Shown one piece after another: positions 12,878 to 25,139 of a stretch of DNA of 64,000 bases. A model generated the notes under the pieces. The model searched no databases. It had not been told where the DNA came from and saw nothing but the letters and a program-made list of their open reading frames with translations. Each line of letters begins with the position of its first letter. Positions within the stretch are counted from its first letter, which is position 1. Made by a program: the position numbers and the translations under genes. This DNA is from Haliotis cracherodii (Eukaryota), in the NCBI RefSeq assembly GCF_022045235.1, contig NW_027266343.1, positions 16,926,001 through 16,990,000 on the forward strand, in the 5' to 3' direction.

Positions 12878-13750
12878 AAGGGATGGCTCGTGTTTTATTC
12901 GAGAGCGAATACGTCTTTTGAAGGAGATTCTACAATCGATCCTGTCTCTGTTTCCTCTGTTACTATATATACTATGTGCTGATATCACCACACACCTGCC
13001 ATCCAATATTACCCTGGCATTACGTCTAATATTATCACATATCTACTATCCAATATTACCCCGGCATTATGTCTTATATTATCACAGACCTACTATCCAA
13101 TATTAACCTGGCACTGCATCTTATATCACCACAAAACTACTATCCAATATTATCCTGGCATTACGTCTAACATTACCGTTTGTCTACTGTCCAATATTAC
13201 CCTAGCATTGCATCTTATATTATCTCTGATTTACAATCCAATATTACCCTTGCACTACGCCCAACATTACCACATATCTCCTATCCAATTCGTATTACCT
13301 TTCCACTCCGTCTAAGGGATGGCTCATGTTTTATTCGAGAGCGAATACGTCTTTTGAAGGAGATTCTACAATCGATCCTGTCTCTGTTTCCTCTGTTACT
13401 ATATATACTATGTACTGATATCACCACACACCTGCCATCCGATATTACCCTGACACTGCGTCCAATATTACCACATAACTACGATCTAATATTACCCCGG
13501 CATTGCATCTTATATTAACACAGACCTTCTATCCAATATTAACCTGGCACTGCATCTTATATCACCACAGATCTACTATCCAAAATTATCCTGGCACTAC
13601 GTCCAATGTTACTATATGTCTGCTATCCTAGCATTGCATCTTATATTATCACAAATTTACCATCCAATATTACCCTTGCCCTACGCTCAATATTACCACA
13701 TATCTCCTATCAAATTCTGGTATTGCTTTTCCACTCCGTCTAATATTACC
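12878..13750. repeat. ~436-bp direct duplication of a unique segment plus degenerate minisatellite
   Basis: AAGGGATGGCTC...GATCCTGTCTCTGTTTCCTCTGTTACTATATATACTA starts at both 12878 and 13314. Confidence 0.85.
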
Positions 13751-13889
13751 ACAGACCTACTATCCAATATTACCACGGCACCACGTCTAATATCCCCACA
13801 GACTTACCCTCCAAAATTACCCTGACACTGCGACTAGTATTACTACAGATCTGCGACCCAATATACCCCGGCACTGCATCTAATATCAC

Positions 13890-15560
13890 CAGACATACCA
13901 TCCAATATTACCCTGACCCTGCTTCAAATATCATCACTATTTTACCATCCAATATTACCCTGACCCTGCTTCTAATATCATCACTATTTTACCATCCAAT
14001 ATTACCCTGACCCTGCTTCTAATATCATCACAGTTTTACCATCCAATATTACCCTGACCCTGCTTCTAATATCATCACAGTTTTACCATCCAATATTACC
14101 CTGACCCTGCTTCTAATATCATCACAGTTTTACCATCCAATATTACCCTGACCCTGCTTCTAATATCATCACAGTTTTACCATCCAATATTACCCTGACC
14201 CTGCTTCTAATATTATCACAGTTTTACCATCCAATATTACCCTGACCCTGCTTCTAATATCATCACAGGTTTACCATCCAATATTACCCTGACCCTGCTT
14301 CTAATATCATCACAGTTTTACCATCCAATATTACCCTGACCCTGCTTCTAATATTATCACAGTTTTACCATCCAATATTACCCTGACCCTGCTTCTAATA
14401 TCATCACAGGTTTACCATCCAATAGTACCCTGACCCTGCTTCTAATATTATCACTATTTTACCATCCAATATTACCCTGACCCTGCTTCTAATATCATCA
14501 CAGTTTTACCATCCAATATTACCCTGACCCTGCTTCTAATATTATCACTATTTTACCATCCAATATTACCCTGACCCTGCTTCTAATATCATCACAGTTT
14601 TACCATCCAATATTACCCTGACCCTGCTTCTAATATCATCACAGTTTTACCATCCAATATTACCCTGACCCTGCTTCTAACATCATCACAGTTTTACCAT
14701 CCAATATTACCCTGACCCTGCTTCTAATATTATATCTATTTTACCATCCAATATTACCCTGACCCTGCTTCTAATATCATCACAGGTTTACCATCCAATA
14801 TTACCCTGACCCTGCTTCTAATATCATCACAGTTTTACCATCCAATATTACCCTGACCCTGCTTCTAATATTATCACAGTTTTACCATCCAATATTACCC
14901 TGACCCTGCTTCTAATATCATCAGACATACCATCCAATATTACCCTGACCCTGCTTCTAATATCATCACAGTTTTACCATCCAATATTACCCTGACCCTG
15001 CTTCTAATATTATCACAGTTTTACCATCCAATATTACCCTGACCCTGCTTCTAATATCATCACAAGTTTACCATCCAATATTACCCTGACCCTGCTTCTA
15101 ATATTATCACTATTTTACAATCCAATATTACCCTGACCCTGCTTCTAATATCATCACAGTTTTACCATCCAATATTACCCTGACCCTGCTTCTAATATTA
15201 TCATTATTTTACCATCCAATATTACCCTGACCCTGCTTCTAATATCATCACAGTTTTACCATCCAATATTACCCTGACCCTGCTTCTAATATCATCACAG
15301 TTTTACCATCCAATATTACCCTGGCACTGCTTCTAATATCATCACAGTTTTACCATCCAATATTACCCTGACCCTGCTTCTAATATTATCACAGTTTTAC
15401 CATCCAATATTACCCTGACCCTGCTTCAAATATCATCACAGGTTTACCATCCAATATTACTCTGACCCTGCTTCTAATATTATCACAGTTTTACCATCCA
15501 ATATTACCCTGACCCTGCTTCTAATATTTTCACAGTGTTACCATCCAATATTACCCTGGA
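13890..15560. repeat. 47-bp minisatellite, ~35 near-identical copies
   Basis: Unit CCATCCAATATTACCCTGACCCTGCTTCTAATATCATCACAGTTTTA; period 47 (e.g. 13992 and 14039). Confidence 0.97.
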
Positions 15561-15896
15561 ACTACGTCCAATCACTACAAGCCCACCATGAATTATTACC
15601 CTTGGTACGACGAACACGATCGGGTGGTCAGGTTCGCTGACTTAGTTGATGAATGTCACCGTACAGACCACCCTCATATAGCTTGAATATTACTGATTTT
15701 CGCGGTTAATAACAAACAACAAACATATTATCCGGGCTCTACGTCTTATCTCACCACAGACCCATCGTTCAATATTACCCTGGCACTTCGCCTAATGTCA
15801 CCCCTTACATTTCATTCAGTTTTACACCTGTCATACCATTTTACACTTCTCGCACACTACGCATGATGTTCGCCTGACACTGCGTCAAATAGCATG

Positions 15897-16330
15897 AGTG
15901 AGTGAGTGAGTTATTTTTTAACCTCACATCGGCAGTATTTCAGCCATATCCTGACGCGAAGTCATACATTTTTAGTACATGTATTTAAACTAAATAAAAC
16001 CTGTCATCGATAGACAGTAAAATTACCAGAACATCACAGATTAATGTTTAAAACTAGCATACAACCATAAAAAGATATCGCTAAATGAAACAGTACAATG
16101 TAAAAAAGGGCTACAGATCGCCAGCAGCTGAAGGTAGATCACCATGCTAGGGTCCATGGAGACTTTCAGTACTTTTGCTACCTGCATGGACCCCAGCCGG
16201 ATTTACATAATCCCTTCTGCTGTTGGCGATTAATGACAAATTTAGCCAGATTGAACGAACATATATACAACGATTAAAAAAAGTGGAAGAAATAAACATA
16301 TTTTGAAAGACGTGGTCTCACATACCTTCT
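15897..16330 (-). mobile_element. Candidate LINE 3'-end (3' UTR) fragment with (ACTC)n tail
   Basis: Ends GATATGGCTGAAATACTGCCGATGTGAGGTTAAAAAATAACTCACTCACTC, a variant of the SINE tail. The upstream part is unrelated to the SINE bodies and is T-rich. 5' boundary approximate. Confidence 0.55.
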
Positions 16331-16361
16331 CAGGGGGACAGTTATATGTCTAATAGCAGCA

Positions 16362-17258
16362 CTGACACCACGTCTAATGTTACCACCCACACTACGTCTA
16401 ATGTTACCACCCACACTACGTCTAAATATTACCACCCACACTACGTCTAATGTTACCACCACACTACGTCTAATGTTACCGCCCACCCTACGTCTAATGT
16501 TACCGCCCACACTACGTCTAATGTTACCACCCACACTACGTCTAATGCTACCACTCACACTAATCCAATGTTACCCTCACATTAGGTAGAATGTTACCAC
16601 TTCTATTGTTACAACTGATACTGCGTCTAAAGCTACAACTGACACTACGTCTGAGGTTTCCACCACACTACGTCTAATGTTACCATTGATACAACAGCTA
16701 TTGTTACCCCACACTGCGTTGAATGTTACTCATAAAACCCCGTCTAAAGTTGCCATCACACTATGTCTATGGTTACAACTTCGCCTAATGTTACTTACAT
16801 GTAATGTTACCCCTCACACTGCGTTAAAGGTTTCCCCTTAAAGTCTCGTCTGATGTTACCATCACACTGCGTTCATTGTTACCACTAAACACCTGTCTTA
16901 TGTTACCAGTCACACTACGTCTAATGTGGTTACTGACACTAAGTCCAATGTGATAACTGACACTGCATCTAATGCTACCACTCACACAACGACTAATGTT
17001 ACCACTCACAAAACGTCTAATTTTACCACTCACACCACGTCTAATGTTACCACTGACACCACGTCTAATGTTACCTATCACACTACGTCTAATGTTACCA
17101 CTCACACTACGTCTAATGTTACCACTGACACCACGTCTAATGTTACCTATCACACTACGTATAATGTTACCACTCACACAACGTCTAATGTTACCTATCA
17201 CACTACGTCTAAAGTTACCACTCGCACAACGTCTAATGTTACCACTCTCACTACGTCG
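16362..17258. repeat. 24-bp minisatellite, partly degenerate
   Basis: Unit ACGTCTAATGTTACCACTCACACT and variants. Confidence 0.93.
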
Positions 17259-17261
17259 TAT

Positions 17262-17448
17262 GTTCGAATCCCGGTTCAACCCAATTATGTTTCTAGGTTT
17301 GTCCGGACAGTGCTCGTGGGTTTCACCAAAGTGGTAAACGTCTAAGACCTGCATCGCTTTTGACATTCCTCCCATATCAAGCTGACACTCTGTCATATAA
17401 CTGAAATACTGTTCCAAGCGGCGTTAAACCCAGCCCACTTACTCACTC
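17262..17448 (+). mobile_element. SINE family C, 5'-truncated
   Basis: GTTCGAATCCCGGTTC...TTATGTTTCTAGGTTTGTC...GCGGCGTTAAACCC plus ACTC tail. Confidence 0.8.
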
Positions 17449-17696
17449 AAGTCGCCACATGGATCACATTTCCTAAGCTCATTCCTGGTTTCCCCAGTTT
17501 GGCTGAATACTGTGAAACCGGCGTAAATTCACGCTCCCAAATCCAGATGAACCTCGCGAGACAACGTTTCAGCGGTGACGGCGCAACTCAACAGTGATAC
17601 AGCGTGACCACTGACCCTTTGCACACGAACCTTCCGAACATAATCATTCGAATGCTATAAAAACAAAGGGTGACTCTAGTAGAGAATTAAGTATCT

Positions 17697-18922
17697 TTTA
17701 TTTACATACATTATACATAACTTGCATAGATTTACATTCATACCTTCACATACGACAATGTTAAAGCGGATCGTGTGGTCGTTAAATACCAACGGACACA
17801 TATAACATTATACCACTGAACAATAATATGTACAAACATGGTAGCGGCAAAAGTTTAACAAAGCCCTGGGTGCAAAGCATTAACAAGACGGCTGAATACG
17901 GTAAGTGATTGGCTTATATTTATGTATAAATTAGAATCATAGAGCAGTTGTATACATGCTATAATTGTTTATATTCTGTCTATTTATTGACAAGGCATAT
18001 TTATTATGGAATGTATTTGATATGATGTATTATTGCAGTTGCGTGTTGCGACAGCACGTCACTTGTTGGCTGACGTTGAGTGGCGTTAAGTGACGTTCAG
18101 TGACGTTTTGTGACAATTGCATGTTCGTTAAAGAGATAAACCCTGTTCCTTATCCGAACGTCAGTATCATATAGAATGTCAAATGAAATAATGATGAGGA
18201 TATTCGTTCTAAGAACGTCACCGCGGCGGATACAGCGTAATAGTGTAAGCCATTTTACACACGGAACCCTTTCAATTATAACACAGTGGGTCCAGGGATC
18301 CTAAGAGTTTATTATAAAATTATTGCTTATTTTAGTGTAAATGAGTTCGATACAGTAAATACAGTAAATCCTCGTTAACTCGAAGTACTCGTAGTTCGAG
18401 ACAAACGTTCTACTTGTATTCGACCGTAGTATCGGAAATTTCTTCTGGCGGAACCTCCAGTTAAAGACTATATCGAATTAAACGAAGTTCGGTTTAACGA
18501 GTTTCCTTGTATTATACTGCCTGCATTGCAAGGACACAATTGAATTTTCTCAAAACATTAGATATTCTTGTTTTAGTATAGTTTTCTAATGACCCTATTC
18601 AGGATTTGCTATATAAAAATGCACTCCGCGTCTTATTAGTTTCGCTACCTTTTCCTCTGCCGAATGTAGGGCAAGTAACATGTAGCACTTCCGATAGCCT
18701 TTCAACTTGGCTTAATTTCTTCCGTAATATGGGCTTCAGCACTTTGAACAGTTTCTCTCAGTGCAATGCACCACCATCTTTGGTTTTTAAGTCACGCGAG
18801 AGTTCCTGTCAAGTCACGTGGGCGTCAGCATTTGTCTCACGCGTATGTATTTTTTCAATGAAATATTTCCTTGGCACAATCCCTTTTCAGAAGCGTAATT
18901 GCCCTGAGTTAATACCCGTTTC
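17697..18922 (-). other. Hhex: Probable Hhex 3' UTR with candidate polyadenylation signals
   Basis: Mostly unique sequence after the stop codon. Minus-strand AATAAA at 17697-17702 and 17983-17988, with others nearby. True 3' end unknown. Confidence 0.4.
18362..18509. mobile_element. Tc1/mariner-pogo (Tigger-like) MITE, decayed
   Basis: TA|CAGTAAATCCTCGTTAACTCGAA ... TTCGGTTTAACGAGTTTCCTTG|TA: imperfect TIRs with TA flanks. Confidence 0.6.
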
Positions 18923-19096
18923 TCATGTTCCTTCAGCCTCGTTTTCCACGTCTATTTCATCCTCAGATTGCTCATCTTCCTCTTCTGACGTCTGGCCCGC
19001 CATTTCACAATCGTCTGCGCCACCCTCAGCTGACGTCACTTCCTTTTCTTTGTCTTCCGCCTCGTGTTTCTCGTTATCTTCACTCGTGGGGGTGTC
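18923..19096 (-). CDS. Hhex: Hhex coding exon 4 (acidic C-terminal domain, stop codon)
   Basis: Acceptor atttttcag, phase 0. Encodes DTPTSEDNEK...EEEDEQSEDEIDVENEAEGT*. The acidic tail with DEIDVE resembles the vertebrate HHEX activation domain (EDVDIE). Confidence 0.92.
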   Translation of the reverse strand, partial: DTPTSEDNEKHEAEDKEKEVTSAEGGADDCEMAGQTSEEEDEQSEDEIDVENEAEGT

Positions 19097-19375
19097 CTGA
19101 AAAATGATTGACAAGTGTCATTTAAACGAACTCGAGAAGTAGATCAAAACAGTTAAAGAATTTGAATCATCAGACCGTTGATTGACACGACCGATAGCTT
19201 AAAAGTGCTTATGACTGAAACACATTTATGTACCAGTTACGCTCTGTACATGCTGACTGCATGAGTAAATGCATAATTGTCCTCTCACCAAAAAAAATAA
19301 TAACATCTTTCATATTCCCCTGATCATATCAGTCATCAGATTATATGACCATATACTTCAGTTCAAGAATAAGAC

Positions 19376-19543
19376 GGGTGGCGGGTTATCCTTGTGGTTA
19401 AAGCGTTCGTTCGTCACGCCGAAGAGCTGGGTTCGATTCCCAGCATGGGTACAATGTGTGACACCCATTTCTGGTGTCCCCGCCGTGATATTGCTGGAAT
19501 ATTGTTAAAAGAGGCGTAAAACCATACTCACTCATTCACTCAC
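19376..19543 (+). mobile_element. SINE family B in Hhex intron 3
   Basis: GTGGTTAAAGCGTTCG...GGGTTCGATTCCC...GATATTGCTGGAATATTG...ACTCACTC. Confidence 0.85.
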
Positions 19544-19579
19544 TAACAAATATATTAAACAAGTTGTTTTACTAAATAC

Positions 19580-19630
19580 CTGTTTTAGGCGTCTCCATTT
19601 CGCCCGCCGATTCTGGAACCAGGTTTTCAC
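19580..19630 (-). CDS. Hhex: Hhex coding exon 3 (homeodomain helix 3)
   Basis: Acceptor tttttcgtag, donor CAG|GTATTT. 51 nt encoding VKTWFQNRRAKWRRLKQ. Confidence 0.97.
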
Positions 19631-19686
19631 CTACGAAAAAAATAATCGAATTCAGTTTCAAACACGAGATAAATACGCGTCCTGTA

Positions 19687-19938
19687 GGGTGGCCCAGTCG
19701 TCTCAGGAGCCGTGATTCGACGGCAGAAACCTATGATTGTGGGTTCGAATCCCGGTTCGCCCCAATTATGTTTCTAGGTTTGTCAGCACCATACCCGTGC
19801 TCGTGGGTTTCACCGAAGTGGCAAACGTCTGAGACCTGCATCACTTCGGGCTTTGCTCCCACAATAAGCTGACACGCCGTGATATAACTACACTACTGTT
19901 AAAAGCGGCGTTAAACCCAACTCACTCACTCACTCTCA
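19687..19938 (+). mobile_element. SINE family C in Hhex intron 2 (deletion between the A and B boxes)
   Basis: GGGTGGCCCAGTCG...GGGTTCGAATCCCGG...GCGGCGTTAAACCCAACTCACTCAC. Confidence 0.85.
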
Positions 19939-20531
19939 CTTCGGAAATGCTCACACTATTGATCATTCGTTTGTAAGGTTCAGGTATGAAATTATTTTGC
20001 TGACATCAACGCAAATGTACATGTTACAAGTAGGTGTATTTGTGTTTTGTTTTCCCTTTTTCAACAAACTAATGAATACAATATGGGATGATTCTAATTG
20101 CCCCACAGACTATGGTTGGGGAAATGAAGACATAGACCTCATTATTTAAAAACTGCGGTTAGTGAGTGAGTAACTGTCGCATTCTTAATTCTAAATTACT
20201 GGGCAACAGAACGTATACACTTCAAAATTGGATATGACCAAACGATTACAAACGTTATCAAAGCAGACTGAAAACAGTCGCCAAAACACTGAACACGGAA
20301 GGTCCAAGACACAACTTTGACACCCGTATCACATACATTACCATCAAAGAACCATTTCGTGTTTGCTTCATTTTTAGCCACTATCAAACATTGGTGTATA
20401 CCGGCACTTTAAAGAGCATTTAAAAAATGGTAAAATCAGCGACAGACAGGAAAATATTTTTCGCCCAGATATAACACAAACTATACATGTCATAAATAAC
20501 TAAACTGTTCCAACTAAACACTTTTACACAC

Positions 20532-20719
20532 CTGTCTCTCGGTGAGCTGTAATACTTTGGCAAGCCTCTTCCTCTCCTGTGGAGTTAAGTATTTCTGAGT
20601 TTCAAACTTCTTCTCTAGCTCAACGGTCTGTTCGTTTGAAAACCGCACTTGACCGCCTTTTCGTTTATGTATTGGTCTTTGAATGAACGGGTTCCAGAGA
20701 AAGGGTGGCTTGGGGCCAA
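20532..20719 (-). CDS. Hhex: Hhex coding exon 2 (homeodomain helices 1-2)
   Basis: Acceptor ttttgtttcag, donor CAG|GTGTGT, 188 nt. Translates as (V)GPKPPFLWNPFIQRPIHKRKGGQVRFSNEQTVELEKKFETQKYLTPQERKRLAKVLQLTERQ; KRKGGQVRFS is diagnostic of Hex. Absent from the ORF track. Confidence 0.97.
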
Positions 20720-21560
20720 CTGAAACAAAACATTATACCTTGAAATCACAGAATATCATGAAAGAAAATGCGTCTAATGTCTTTTATAAATATATTGGTT
20801 TATGAATCTCGATAATAAAAATTTGAAAACTTTAATTGAGCATTATTACTTTATAGATCAATAGATCAAAGAAATTTATTGTATAATTGCAATGCTAAAA
20901 TATCTTTACTAATTGTTTGCATTTCCTAAATATAACCTATAGGGTTCATATTTTCTGATCCATAATTATTTATAGGGAGAACAATAGTTGGAGGTCAAGT
21001 TTTTGTAATTTCCTTTGTTAAAACTAGACCCAGTAACTTTTTCCGAATCAGGCGCCAGCGAGACTCATTATAAAAGAACCAGTCTGACAGAGGGTTCACG
21101 TTTCACCCAACTCGGAAGGGTCCAAGTAAAACGCTTCAAAGGGAACCTCGTTTTCATTTCCAATACTATTTCCCAAACGACAAGACATTATATAAGGAAT
21201 TGTAATAAGCATTGTTAATGTGCACCAATTACTACAATATGCGTGCGCCAGTCCTTAAGCAACGAGGAAATATTCTGCCCCCAAGTTCAACGATTTCCTA
21301 CGCTCTAACTTGGTACTTGTAGGCTTGTTTTGTCAACGGAAGACTGCTCAGCGAGATAAGAAGTAGAATTTGTCTGAAGCATTTTAGTTCCAAGCTCAGA
21401 ACGTCCAAATGAATCAGATAAAGAGATTTTTAGATTGGATACATGTTATCCTAACATACACATTTTGACTTCTGTGTGTTTAACAAAGATATAGATATAA
21501 TATTGGGATCAAAAGCAGACTGAAGTGAAGTCTTAAGTGCTCGTTTTGTGTCATTGTAGG

Positions 21561-22358
21561 CAATACTTTCGTCTTGATCTCAGTCGGAATAGCCTTTCAT
21601 TTTTATCCTGAACGTTTTGTCATTTTGAATGCTTTCGGGGACGGGTGGGGTGGAGTTGGGTGGGTAATTGGTAATTGTTTTGTTTTGCGTCGATAAGACG
21701 ATAAGGGACAACATGGTGTACTTGGTTTGTTTTCAGTAAAATGGTTCAAGTAACAAATCAAACTTCTAACGTAAATGAAATGGAATGCATTGTATATTTG
21801 ATCACACATGCAAAAAAACACGAGAAGAATAAGTGCGTATTTAAAACAGTATACGTCTATGTAGAAACAATGTAAATGTTGCACGAATACCAACATGGCT
21901 GCACGTGCACCTATAATATGTATTTACACAAGTGATTGTTGATGTACACATTCGTCCTTGTCAATTATGTGTCGTACATCATATTCATCCTGTCCCTTCT
22001 ATTCAATCCCACGGTACATTCAGACAATACTTTCGTCTTGATCTCAGTCGGAATAGCCTTTCATTTTTATCCTGAACGTTTTGTCATTTTGAATGATTTA
22101 GGGGAAGGGTGGGGTGGAGTTGGGTGGGTAATTGGTAATTGTTTTGTTTTGCGTCGATAAGACGATAAGGGACAACATGGTGTACTTGGTTTGTTTTCAG
22201 TAAAATGGTTCAAATAACAAATCAAACTTCTAACGTAAATGAAATGGAATGCATTGTATATGTAATTGTTGATGTACACATTCGTCCTTGTCAATTATGT
22301 GTTGTACATCATATTCATCCTGTCCCTTCTATTCAATCCCACGGTACATTCAGACAAT
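21561..22358. repeat. Recent tandem duplication in intron 1 (464-bp and ~330-bp copies)
   Basis: CAATACTTTCGTCTTGATCTCAGTCGG starts at 21561 and 22025; copy 2 lacks ~134 bp. Confidence 0.92.
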
Positions 22359-25139
22359 CTAAGTGGTTTAATCGATGACATAGGAAGAGACTGAACATAC
22401 ATTATACAACATAAGCAGAATATTTCCTTTATTTTAAAATCATAATCATAATCATAATCACAATGATCATCATCACCATCATCATTGTAAAACTTAACCA
22501 TAACCCGAAGAGTCAGAGAATGTGTCATAGCAATGTGTCATAGCAATTGGTAAATTTCGTGTCAGGAATAAGTTCACCGAGATGCAAATACCTTGTACAT
22601 TTCCTTCTTTGATATCATTAACGCTCACTCTGGTCGCGGGTGAAATAAACACTTTAACTAGAGACCCGTGAGCCCTGATAGTACAGGCCATACGTGACAA
22701 AACAAACACATTTCACACTAAAATTAGCATCAAGTGTCAATCATCTTGACCGTTTCCTCCGAAATATACATTTTCAAATTGTCATCTGTTTTAATGCAGA
22801 CTATTTCAAGAGTTACTGTAAGGGCACTCTTATATGCGGAAGGCATTCAATGATAATCAGAAATAAACATGAGTGTTTATGTCATGTACATGTACGCGTG
22901 TTACTCTTTGTTCCTTCTTATCATTGCATTGCAGTCCATCTTCTAACAGAAATATACAAGCGTCAATTTCACCCACAGAGTAGACACTTCAGATATGTGC
23001 TACCATGATTGTTCCCATATATCGCAAAGTACAGAAACGATTTAATCATTAAACTCTAATTTGAGAAAATTGAACGTAAGTGCTTCTTTAAAAACAGTTG
23101 GTGCTACTTAATGTCTGTGGAAGTCACACCCTCTCCATGTGAAACTGGTGTTGGCATATATTGTCATTGTTATCGTTATCATTAATTATGGTTTATTAAT
23201 AATTCAATATCGTGCAGATGAAATAATTCATACTTCAAGTTCCAGTTTGGTTTTACAATATATCTTTTATTATCTATGATCATATAAAATAATGAATAAT
23301 CTTTTGAGTGCCGTTTTCCTATAAATGCTTTCGATTTTTTACATATCATGTGCAGGAAACTGCTTGATTTGATTCTAATTCAAAATTGAAATATTTTCTA
23401 ACATGTAAAATGACCTTTCTATGTTAATTTGCTCTTTAACAGGATGTGTGAATTGTAAAAAAAATCATATTTTTTGTGTTATTTAAAGTTGTTGTGATAT
23501 CCCTGTGAACAAGATCACAGTATGACATGGTGTTTGGCGAACATAATTCAAAAGATATATAACATATATTGTAAAATTTAAATATTATCTACACATTTCA
23601 TAACCAAAATCAAACATTAACAAAACTATATAGAATTCGAGTGAAGCAAATATTCCAAATGACTTAGTTTCAGGTTAGTTAATAGTTAATATAGAATTTA
23701 CTTTATACTAATCGAGATCTAACACCATCGTTTTGCATGCAACCAGCAGAAGGCATACAAGAGCTATTTACCACCTCGGGTTAAAAGTCAGATGTTCTGC
23801 AAAACATCTTTTGTTAATAAAACTGATCTTAATATATTCCACATTACAGATTTTGCGAAGTAAACGTGATAACCACACAATAAATGTATTTTGTTTGTTG
23901 TTCAACTCCGCGCTCAATAATCATTCAGCTATGCTTCATTTAGTCATGTTTCTGTTGGATTATGATACCCTCTTAATAGCTAAAAATATGAGTCGAGTTT
24001 TACGTGTAGTATTAAACTATGATGCACTTTGTCAGTTCCGCACATACAAAAATGGGCACGTGTCTTCCTTATATGGTTTTGGATTCTACCGGGCAACAGT
24101 AAATAGGAACTAAAATGAACGCACAAAGCAATGTAAATTTACATTGAAATATCAAATAATGATCAAAATGGAAATACTTGATATTAATGGTTGTGACAGC
24201 TGATTGTGCAGTTTTCCGACAAAAGAACACAATCAATTAAAGAGTAATATGATAAGTGTACGCGTGCAGTTCAAAAGTTCGATATTAGATAAAAATCTGA
24301 ATTCCTTAAGTTTAGTTGTGCGGGCTTACAGGTCTGCAAGAGTTTTCTTCAGACAAAATCAACGTTTGATTGATGTACAGTTCAAGTCAATCAACAGCAG
24401 CTCACATCGTCATGAACAACAGTCCCATCTTAAGTATAAAAATCAACTGCATCAAAACACATAATATCCTGCCCCATCACCAGTTTTAAGCAGAGAGTTC
24501 TTGTAGCTCTGGAAAGAGTCTTGTCGCTTTTATTTATATTATTGTACATCCGTGGGATTCTCTTTGACGATTTCAAGATTTTCACAATTAAGGTTGTATT
24601 TGGTCGTTTTGTAAATGATGTTTGGTTTGTTGGTTCATGTATTTATTTTCAAGGGAACATGTCTCAAAACTTAAAGAATACACTGTTCTGAACTGCTCCC
24701 TTAGGACAGAAGCAGTTGGCAGACAGCGACAAAAGGGAAATCATATTATAAATATTAAGTAAGTTTAATGCCAATTATCTGTCGCTTTGAAATACAAATT
24801 GATATTGTATCATTAATTTTACGTTTTGTTTTCATATTTACATATGTTTGGGTGAGATTCCGAATTTAGCGCGTGATCAATATGTCAAACACAACACATT
24901 GCATATTCAAGCGACCGTACAAAATGTATTTTCATGCACTGAAACACCATCCCTATAATTACTGAAATATTTCCAGGGCGGCGTTGATGATACCCAAGCA
25001 CAATGATTATGTCCAAGACATGTCTGAAATTAAATGCTGGATATATCACGATTTGTGGATCATACCAAAATTACAGATTTAGCTTGCATCTCATCATGGA
25101 GGTATGTTAACTGTTTCCGATGAATATTGAATATATATA

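Noticed and set aside
13890-15560. CRISPR-like appearance of the regular arrays (also 43900-45040 and 53505-55015)
   Set aside because: Units are head-to-tail with no unique spacers, no cas genes are present, and the context is eukaryotic.
16274-17417. Mucin-like Thr-rich and Arg-rich ORFs
   Set aside because: Translations of the 24-bp minisatellite.
18606-19100. 164-aa Ser-rich plus-strand ORF
   Set aside because: Antisense shadow of the acidic Hhex exon 4, with a non-ATG start.
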